Source of the DNA: Lytechinus pictus
Lineage: Eukaryota
Direction: 5' to 3'
NCBI RefSeq assembly: GCF_037042905.1
Contig: NC_087251.1
Coordinates: 14,138,001 to 14,202,000 of the forward strand
Length of the DNA: 64,000 nt
Shown here: positions 14,957 through 35,997 of the stretch, one piece after another
How positions within the stretch are numbered: the first letter of the stretch is position 1
Layout of the letters: each line of letters begins with the position of its first letter
The notes under the pieces: generated by a model
Told to the model about the DNA's origin: nothing
Database searches by the model: none
Seen by the model: only the letters and a program-made list of their open reading frames with translations
Translations under genes and position numbers: made by a program

Positions 14957-15503
14957 TAGGTTGTCTGGTTGTCCTTGTAGATTTCATTTTAATTTCTTTT
15001 CATAGGTTGTCCTTGTAGATTTCAATTTAATTTCTTTTCATAGGTTGTCCTTGTAGATTTCAATTTAATTTCTTTTCATAGGTTGTCCTTGTAGATTTCA
15101 ATTTTTTTTTTCATAGGTTGTCCTGGCAGATTTCAATTTCAATTCTTTTCATAGGTGTCCTGGTAGGTTTCAATTCCATTTCTTTTCATAGGTTGTCCTT
15201 GTAGATTTACATTTAATTTCTTTTCATAGGTTGTCCTTGTAGATTTCAATTTAATTTCTTTTCATAGGTTGTCCTTGTAGATTTCATTTTAATTTCTTTT
15301 GTAGGTTGTCCTTGTAGATTTCAATTTAATTTCTTTTCATAGGTTGTCCTTGTAGATTTCAATTTAATTTCTTTTCATAGATTGTTCTTGTAGATTTCAA
15401 TTGCATTTTTTTATAGGTTGTCCTGGTAGATTTCGATATAATTTTTTTTCATAGGTTGTCATGGCAGAGTTTGATTCCATTTCTTTTCATAGGTCGTCCT
15501 GGC
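14957..15503. repeat. ~38-bp minisatellite, about 15 copies
   Basis: unit taggttgtccttgtagatttcaatttaatttcttttca. Confidence 0.92.
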
Positions 15504-18500
15504 AGCATTTGATCTGTGGTAGATATGAAGACATAATTGATAATCGGCAATGTTGCATAAAAGTTACTATAATGTTAAAGTGTTAAATTTAAAGTGTCAT
15601 TTGATACACATAGTGAATAGCCAATAATTCAATTATGTATGCGAATATATCAAGATGACCCATCACTATGAAGGACAGTCAACTGACCGGAACATTTGCC
15701 ACTTTTTATTCTCCCCTCTGTCTCATCCCCTGCTCTCAGTGGCTGTATCACTGTCCTCTTCCTTTTTTCTCTCCCCACTCCAACAATCCCTGTCAGTCTT
15801 AACCTATTGGTGAACTGTAAATCCTCTTCTGTGCAATTGCATATTCATTTAAATGTCTGTTAACAGATTTAAAACTGTTACAAGCTACTGAAATCCTTGC
15901 ATCTGATTGGTCAAGAGTGAATTGTTGGCATTAGAATTCATGAAATATCCCGAGTCTCAAAAAAATGAAACTCTTTCTGCACACCTTAAATCTAAGCCTT
16001 TGAATTTGGATCAGAAGTTATTTACTCACAAAATATTTACAAATTTTCAGGAAAAATTAGTACATTGAAAGTTTTTCAACATTGGTGATCGGGTATGCCT
16101 GTCATCACTGTACAAAATAACAATAGACAATAGATGACTTCTTTTTGGCCATAAATTTCTGCAAGGTGGTTAAAATGTGTTTATAGTGTGCTTCTGTGCA
16201 TCATTACTATCGACTTGAAGTTGTAGTTCATTTACAGTGGTCTTTAAATCAATTTCCGATTTGATCAAAACTGAACAATGAAGAAACATGAGGAGTTTGA
16301 ATGGACCAAAGACTGCATGGAATACTTGAAGTTCTAAAGTTCAGTATAACTCACTTTACCCAGTGGATAGTCAAGGAATGAAATTAAAACTTTCATGACA
16401 ATGGGCCCATGAAAAATGAAACAGAATGAACACCAGAACGGGATGAAACTTGAGTCTTTCCAACAAGAAAAGCAATGTCCATTAGTAGAATATTTCCCCT
16501 GGGAGGTGAAATAACTGTCATGGTTTTTATCCTTTTCTTGTTTTTTTTCTGTCTAGGAAGGGGGGGGGACAATACTTTGGAAATTATTTCCGAGCAGAAT
16601 TGTAACATTAAAATCACTTCCTTGAAGAGGATAGTTATATTTTGACTGTTAAGCAGTGTTGTCAATGTTATGTTCATTGTCATTGATGGCAGAGTTACAA
16701 TATGGATGGCTCAGAATGTGATACCAGAAATATTTCAAGAGTGAGGGCCAATATTGCACAAATTGAAGTTGAGTGCAATGTTGATCATTAAGAATGGAAT
16801 ATTTCTGGTATTCTATGAAATTAAGTTGTCTAATATATATCCCCCCCCCCCCCAAAAAAAAAGAGCGATTGAGAAAATTGTGTCGCTTGTCACAATCAGT
16901 TGTGTCATAAGATCAGTTTGATCATAGAAGTGTCACTAACATATAGGTCTTTGTGATTTCATGTTGTATCTCTGCACCGTATGTTACGCTAATGGCATTG
17001 ATAATTATTTATTGTGAGTGTTGTATTTTCACGGATTTGACTGTTTAATACGGGATATTGAACAGCAAGTTTTATAAAGTAGCCTATGAGATATTTGTCA
17101 GATTTCTTTAATTTGTCCAATACGGTCTTGTATGCACAGACAAATGATGCATACCGAGAAACATGCTTTTGATCCATCACTAAAACACTCTAAATAGGTA
17201 ATAAAAAAAACTGTGCAACAGGCCTTATATGTTTCCTTCCATGAGAAGTCTGATTCTTCTTTCTGGGAGACCATATAAAATATTCTTCATTTTAGGTCAT
17301 AATAGTGTAAAAAAATATTTGTGGTAACACTATACTACAGATCAACTGACAAAACGTCATAAAAACCTGCTTTAAATTTGATTGCATCTGAGAACCAATT
17401 CATTTGGTCCAATATGTAGATGGTTTGATCATAATGATATAACCTTATAGTATCTGATAATTTGAATGTAAATTATGCATGAAGAGAAATGAGCTATTAT
17501 CTAGGGTTAATTCTCCAAGTGGAGTTTAATGAGATAATGACTATTGAGTAGTGATATAATTCATTATAGAGACAGTAGAATTCCCATCATGGAGACTGCA
17601 GTGAAATTACTTCAGACATGAGATGCCAATTCTATTTTCTAATCTCTACTTTCTCACGTCTCCATATCTCTATCCACTTTCTCTTAGTCCTTTTCCAAGA
17701 CATTACACATGGTGTATTGTAAACTACTTTGCTTTTATTCTACCACCCAAACCCTTCATCATCTATTCTAATTTTGTCCTAATTTCAGATCTTGAAAAGT
17801 AAGTTTGTTCCTTGTATTTCTGATTATCAGTCGTAACATAATTATATAGTACAATTGAATTTGATCTTATCTGTGATTATTGGAGGCAATGACAATTACA
17901 CAAACGGTGTTATTAATAAATCTAAGCCACATCCTTTCCCTTTTTTTGTATTACACTTGTACATTACCTCAGTCACATTTCATCTACGGCGGCTGTCCAG
18001 CCGTTTTTTTTTTCATTTTTATTCAAGCCACCTATATGTAGCTGGTACAAAAAAATGTTGAAACAGCTGTTTTTGACTCGCCATATGGCCACTGTAGGGG
18101 AAATGTGACTGGGGTATTTCTACACTTTTCATAACAACCAATCAAAAAGTTGCAGAGAGAAAATTGCTCTTGAAAAAGGGAACTTGTGTTTTAGTAGATC
18201 ACAAGAATATTTATCAGAAGAAAGGGAAAGCGTTTAAAGATCTTTGTTTGATGAAGAGAGACTGGTAGAGTATCAGAAGTAGCCTATTTTCTGCCAGTTT
18301 CTTTGTGATTTTATATAAGACAGAATACTGAAATTCCATGGAAAATTCATCTGTCTTTTATGTCATTGCCTCATTCCCAAACAATTTATTCTTTCATCAT
18401 ATGTCTTTATGTAATTTATTTGAAATAATTGTACCCTTTCTCTTTCTGCCTCTTTTGCAGTCTCTGTTTCTTTGTTCTCTTCCTGTCTATGTCATATATT

Positions 18501-18665
18501 GATTCAAATGTATATGTGTCAGTCTCGGATAAACACACTCAGTGGATTTGTATTTTTAATTGATATAATCAGGTTTGGAAATTAATTTGGTAATTGAATG
18601 TCAGCGCACCATGATGCACTGCTACCATGGTGCTGAAAACTTTTATGAGAGCTGCCTAGGTATAA

Positions 18666-18743
18666 TGTACACACTTTGTATGCACATGTACTGTACATGT
18701 ATATCATATGAATTTATAATTGAATTTGTATCTTTTCAATAAA
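18666..18743 (+). terminator. Candidate polyadenylation signal inside the Sec23 intron
   Basis: six TGTA motifs (18666-18730) followed by AATAAA at 18738-18743. Confidence 0.4.
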
Positions 18744-19298
18744 CATTATCTACAGTTAGCAAGAATCAGTGTAACATCGAAAGGTATTTTCATGCATGAT
18801 GCTGTATGCATGATATACATACAAGAACCATGAATGATTCAAACTAATGTGAAGAAATTAACATTAAATCCTTACTAATACTAGTACATAACCAGTGGCA
18901 TAGCAGGGATAGGGGGGGGGGGGGCAAACTTCAAAGTACGAATTAGTCATTGGTATTTCATCAATTTATGGATATCAATGTTCACAAGTAAAATACTAAA
19001 TCTACCAGGTCCATTTATATGGTTTGTTGGCAATTTTTTCATATCAGATAGAAGCTGCAAAGTAGCTTATTTTTTAAGATGATGATTGTCATGAGGTCTG
19101 TCTAGCTTCCATTTTTTTCATTCCCAGAGAAGAACTCGTGTCATGAGATTAATGATTATGCCAGATATCAATAGCTATATACTTGTTCCACATTCTGCTC
19201 TTGTAAAGTAGTTTGATTTTTTAAAGGCTACTTTGTGTAAATAATAATAATAATATGTCCATTTATATAGCGCAGTTACTATGTGCATATTGCCATAT

Positions 19299-22200
19299 GG
19301 GTCATTCCATGGGGTTGGGGCAAAAATTGTGACATCAGGGTCAAAAAATAGAAATGTAATAAATGAAAAGTTTTTTTTCTTATATGTTTCATGGGACAAT
19401 TCTTCAACTAAATCCACTTACAGGCATTTCATACCACCCTGCATATTTGAGTAAATTGCGAAACAAGATTTGACAAAATACCACCGTTACACGGACATCA
19501 TTTATCATCCTTACTTAGACTATACTCTCCCACTGTTAAAATAAAAGGGTTGATCTCAATTCCTCTTAATAAATATTTTGCTAACAACATTTTTAGTCAC
19601 TTTATTCCACATTTTCCAACATGGCATATATATTTTGAAAGATTTAGCATCAATAAATGGAACTTGATGCTCTGTGTGTATACCAGTGCCATGTTCTGTG
19701 TAGTTCTTTTTTCTCACCAGTCAAGAAAATTCAATTTATGATGGCATGTAGAACTAAATAGTTGACAGAAGTCATGCCTCAACAGAACGGAATATTCTTT
19801 TTGGAAAAACTCAACTACTCTTTCTGGCCTAACCTTCTATTTTTGGTGTTACCACCGTTACATGGACATCATGTCTCTGTAACAGAGGTATAATTTGAAG
19901 CATTGTAAGTTAAGGTCCATTAATGGTCATCACATACCAAATTACACTTTCTGCCTTAAATTATTTGCACAAGATCAATTGATTATATTAGAAAAAAAAC
20001 ATTTTGCATGTCAAATTCTTTGCAAATAAAAGAAATTTAAATTAGAGTTTAAACAAAGAAAAATGTACAAAATTATTGACAAATTATGTGTCGTTCTTTT
20101 TTCTCACCAGTCAAGAAAATTCAATTTATGATGGCATGTAGAACTAAATAGTTGAGAGAAGTCATGCCTCAACAGAATGGAATATTCTCTTTGGAAAACT
20201 CAACTACTCTCTCTGGCCTAACCTTCTATTTTTGTTTGGTGTTACCACCGTTACATGGACATCATGTCTCTGTAACAGAGGTATAATTTGAAGCATTGTA
20301 AGTTAAGATCCATTAATGGTCATTACATACCAAATTACCCTTTCTGCCTAAAGGGGAAAAAACGAAACAGTGCTATCTTACGATCTCCAAATCTTTTATT
20401 ACTTTGAAATATCTCCTTCAAGATATTACTTTCAAATGTAGATACCTCTGTTACACGGACATCATGTCCTTGTAATGGTCATATTGAATAGCATTACTTG
20501 AATATTTTGACATATTTTTCTAGTATCAACACACTAAATGCAAGTTAACTCATCTTACTCAAGTGTAGAAATACAACATCTACAAGCAAGCTTCTGTAAT
20601 TCATATCAATGAACAGGTAAATTTTTTTTAATTCATACACAATTATAAAAAATTTTGATACCTTTGATACAATATTCAGGTGAAAAATATGTAGGGAAAA
20701 GGTACTAGTTTAGTTCTTCTAAGCTATGGTTTTTCAAGACAAAACAAGACAAAGTTCGCATGGAAGATATGGACAACGCGTTTATACCTTACACATATAA
20801 ACTTGTTCAATTTGTTAACTCTAATTTGTTTTACCTCAGTTACATGGACATCATGTCCTCAAAATGGTAGTGTAGAAGTGACATTAATTAAAATATAATC
20901 ATGTCATCACTGGAACTTACATACATGTACATTAGATAAAACATTAAGTTCCAACATGCGAAAAGGACAATTGTAAAGTACTTAGTGGACAAATTTAATT
21001 AAAAAAACTCACCACCTTTATATCTTCTGTTTTTTTAACAGAGTTGTAAGCGAGAAAGTAAAATGTACTAAGCTATTCTAATGTTCAAAAATAAAACTGC
21101 AAGAACTCTTTGGTAAACTTCTTAATGGCAAATGCAAAAAAATGTATTACACTGTACACTAAACCTGACTATTAAAATTAACATGCAATATTTCTCTCTG
21201 CATTCAGGTTACAAGTTTATGAACTTCAAGAAAACTGGTGACCCAATAAGAAATTTCAGTTTGGAAGAGGATTCTGTCAATGTCACAAAGTGGATGGAGG
21301 TAGAATTGTGCCTCGATCGCCATCAGGCCAGGAGTACAGGTCACCAGATTGACACTTCATGTACTGAAGATATACATTTTCACCTTGAACAGAGGCTACC
21401 TGTAGTTGAGAAAAATAGTATTTGGAAGTTTGACTATATTTTTTAAGCAATAAGCAAATATTTTGTATATTATATCAAATCATTTACTTATTTATGTCTT
21501 GACATTTTCTCATTAAAGGGGGTGGATTACTAGGGACAATGAATCTGATCTGTTCTTGCAAAATACACAGGAACCTTCACTTTGTATTTTTTCATAGCAA
21601 ATAGAATTCATCATTTCATAGTTCATAAATTAAATATAAAGTTACGTTTTATAGAAGGTTTTTGTATTTGTGTTGTCGTGTTCTACTTTGTTTTCACAAT
21701 ACAATTACTTGCCCATTACCTTTTCATAAATTATCTGTACTTCAATTTCATTTCTCAATGGATTAATTTAATCTAATTTTATTCTGCATTCTCATCAAGG
21801 GTGGTTATCTAGACAATTCCATTTAGTTTTTTATGACCATCCTATTTAATTTTCATCGCTGAAGTTAAATTGTTCAAGCAATTACATAATATATGTATGT
21901 TTTATTGGAATTAAATGAATTAATGGAATTCAAATCTGCAATTTACCTTCTGATACAGCAAATAAACTCTTGTGAAACAAACTTGATTGTGTCACATTTT
22001 CTTTTGTTCACTTGTACATGTTTTAAAAATCTCATTATATTGCAATAAAAAAAAATCACATTGAAAACAATCACACAGGCTTTTGCTTTCTGATAAAATG
22101 AACCCCCCCCCCTCTCTCCTTACAATTGAATATATAGAAATCAAAATACAAAATATTGAAAAAATATTGAAAGAAAAAAAGAATGTGTTGAAAAGTATAA

Positions 22201-23790
22201 CATTCAACAAGATGAAAAGTTTTGGGAAGGTTAGGCCTACAGCCAAGAATTACTAGTAATTGGATTATGGCCATGCTTCATCATACACAAAGCACATGTA
22301 CTATGTGTAGGGGGTAGTAACAGAAAAATTTTGCCCCCCCCCCCCTTCTTTCGGATTGGGATCAGCTGACAAGCAAAAAAAAAAAAAAAAAAAAAAAATG
22401 GGGGGGGGGGGGGGGGCCTGCCTCCCCCGTGGCGCTGCCACTTGTTCTAAACTCTCATTTTTTGGAGGAAATTCAAATTTGATCATCAGGTCTTTGATAC
22501 CCATATTACGTAGAATCAGTAGGAGCCAATTTAAACAAGGCGAGATTTTGTACCAAATCTGAGATGTCAGCATGATCATCGCCATCGGTGATACTGATAG
22601 AGCAGTTTTGAGTATCCATTGGCCTATTGAAATAACATATTTCGGTGTTTAAAAAAATCAACTAAATTGCGATTGAATCATGTCAGCTAACATTCAAAAC
22701 ATGTTTGCACAGAATCACAGTAATAACAACATTATTTCTTTGGGGCGGTTTAGCAAATCTGGAACAAACACGGCGATGTCTCAATCACATATTTCACTTA
22801 CACGAAAAGATACATGTGGGACTGTAGTAAAAGATTATGGAAAATTAGCGAGATTTTTCAAACTTAAAAACACTTTCTGCATGATAATATAGTTTCACAT
22901 TTTTAAGATAAGGTTTAACTGATTTAAAAATACGAGTATCGGGATAAATCTCCGTACTTACGTCGCTTTGAAAGGGAAAACATCGTGGAGATCCAATCCA
23001 CCGTTACACGGACATTGCAGGAAGATTCCCAATTGCACTGCTGCAAAACACCCGATATCATAGCCGTTCATGTGCACGTGGATTTCGGCTAACATCCCGT
23101 CCGTCTGATACAACGACGGTCTCTTCTCCGGTTTCTCCTTTTTACATACGCGATGAAATGTGATCCACCGTTACAAATTTGGCCTGGACATCGCCCAAAA
23201 CATCAGCGACCCTCGATTAATTTACATGACATTAACATTGGTTTTCAAAGCTAATCTTTTGATGAAAAGTTGCTTACTGCCTGCCCTTTATTTCTGACAC
23301 ATAACTTTGGAAAGAATGATGTCTGACTTTTAGTTATTTACCACTTTACCGCCGTTACAGAAAAAAAAAACGCGGACATCGCATGTAACGGTGGTATGCG
23401 ATGTTGTAGGAATTAAAAATGATATGAAGCCTCTTTTCATTTGATATCCCATTACTGTTTTGTTATTAAACAAATGTTGCTTTATCAATCATGGCCATTT
23501 GAATTTGACTAAGTTTATCTTTTAATTAGATATCTTCAACTGAAAATGACCATTTTGGATGTCACACTTGGTACCCCAAAAAAGAGTCTGGACATCATCA
23601 TTTAAAGTCTCACCATCAAAAATACTTGAGGTTCAACATTTTTATTTCTGCATCAAGTAATTGCTTACATAACTGCCTTCCAACAAAACCACATTGCAAC
23701 ATCCAAACGCCAAACACATTTTCAGGATAAAGCCAACAATTCATAGGGAACACAAAAAAGTGCTGTTGCCCCAACCCCGTGGAATGACCC
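19299..23790. mobile_element. 4.5-kb decayed TIR DNA transposon (GGG termini, ATAT flanks; Sola/ISL2EU-like) inserted in a SINE
   Basis: TIRs gggtcattccatggggttggggcaa / ttgccccaaccccgtggaatgaccc; many ccaccgttacacggacatc subterminal repeats; ~265-bp internal duplication (19690-19955, 20085-20350); no intact transposase ORF. Confidence 0.82.
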
Positions 23791-24010
23791 ATATACTCAA
23801 CTGCATTTTGATACTTGGTATCATATTATTACCCTAGCTGTAGCTAAGCCGCCATATTAATAGGCGTTTAAGGAATAAATCCTACCGGGTTCCCATTCAC
23901 CTCGCCTGGGTCGAGTGCAGCACAATGCGGATAAATTTCTTTTGCCAAGGGAAATAACGCCATGGCTGGGTTTCGAACCCATAGACTAATCCACTGGGCC
24001 ACAACGCTCC
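23791..24010 (-). mobile_element. tRNA-derived SINE, 5' part (3' part and (TTA)n tail at 19240-19298)
   Basis: minus strand ggagcgttgtggcccagtgg (A box)...ggttcgaaacc (B box); body continues across the transposon. Confidence 0.75.
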
Positions 24011-24312
24011 ACAAATACACACAACAATACTTGAATACAGTCACAAATAAAAGAAAGAGGAGATGAATTAGTTGATAAGTGAAACTATGAATATGTGAAT
24101 CATTGAAAAAACATTAATTATGAATTAATGAGTAAACAAATGATATTTTCATTAAAAGGAAAAATAATGAATGAATAAATAGATAAACATGAATGGACAG
24201 ATGAATATAAAATGAATGACTCTTTGGTGAATGAAAACAGGATTGAGTGAATGCTTGATTGAATGAATACAAGATTAATAGTCACTTAATTATTTGTTTT
24301 TTATCTTTATAG

Positions 24313-34995
<10,683 letters not shown>

Positions 34996-35887
34996 ACCTT
35001 GCAATCACTGTATCCATATTTGCCACCAGAGTATATAGTATCTTAGTCATATCCTCATAGCTTTGTGTCCTAATTTTCTCTCGGCTTATCCTTTAAATGG
35101 GGTTAGTCCTGTCAACCGCTTCTCAATTGTCAAGTACAATTCTTTTCTCATTTGCTGTTTCAGTGTAATGATGCTTAGATGTCTCCGACAATTAAATATG
35201 AGTGTAGTTGTGTGTGATCAGAAGTAGCTGATATTGGCAGAGCATATGAGTGTATTATGAATATAAGATCGATCTGTCTTGAGGTTTCATGGGGAGTGGA
35301 TTATACTTGTTGACACCGGACTAAAAAAGCAGTAAAATAGCTGTAATACAGCTTCATTCTTGGTGGCTCATCCATTGATGCTGTCCCCTTGAGAGAATTA
35401 CAGGCATTCCTTTTCATGTTTGAGTACCGTCAGAGCTGCAGTATTAAATTGAATTCTTGATGAAAATAAAGGATAAGAATATCTTTAGCTATCATGTAAT
35501 ATCTAATGGTCATGAACTGGATTCCTTCTTGGATGATTGACAACAACTGTAATGATATCATCTGTAATAATGATATCAAACTCCCCATGAAAGCTGTTAT
35601 TTGACACTTACATGTACTAACAACTATAAAAGTCAATATTGCCAAAGTTGCTGATTGACACCTTTAATATACACATGAATCCCATAGAGTTGCATTTTCA
35701 ATTGTATGCTTGGAATAAAAGGGAAAGACCAAGAAGAAGAAAATGGCCGAGAGATGTGATACATTCACAAACTTTGGTTCAATGTTAGGAAAGTTGATTT
35801 TTAATTGATCAGTCAAGCATAGGAAAGTTGTGATGTACATTCAAGCTTATCCTCCATTTGCCTCTAGTAATACAGGCAAAAAATTCT

Positions 35888-35997
35888 CCTGAAGACGACA
35901 AGAACACACTTGTCGAAACGTCGAGATTGGGTGGTCGTTTTCAGGACCAACACTTGCCCAAGAAAGATACATGGTGTACCGTGAAACCTACACTAGG
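35888..35997 (+). mobile_element. Penelope-like element remnant carrying a minimal type I hammerhead motif
   Basis: CTGAAGA-C-GACAAG-aacaca-CTTGTC-GAAA-CG-TC; flanked by direct repeat aaaaaattct. Confidence 0.65.

Noticed and set aside
14957..15503. Regular ~38-bp repeats resembling a CRISPR array
   Set aside because: No unique spacers, no cas genes, eukaryotic context; it is a minisatellite.
1046..23000. Short ORFs of 60-120 aa in the track, including as upstream Sec23 exons
   Set aside because: Low-complexity or repeat-derived, with no Sec23 or other recognisable motif; I cannot fully exclude a missed microexon.
23950..24010. tRNA-like A/B boxes
   Set aside because: No full cloverleaf (anticodon arm missing); it is the head of a SINE.
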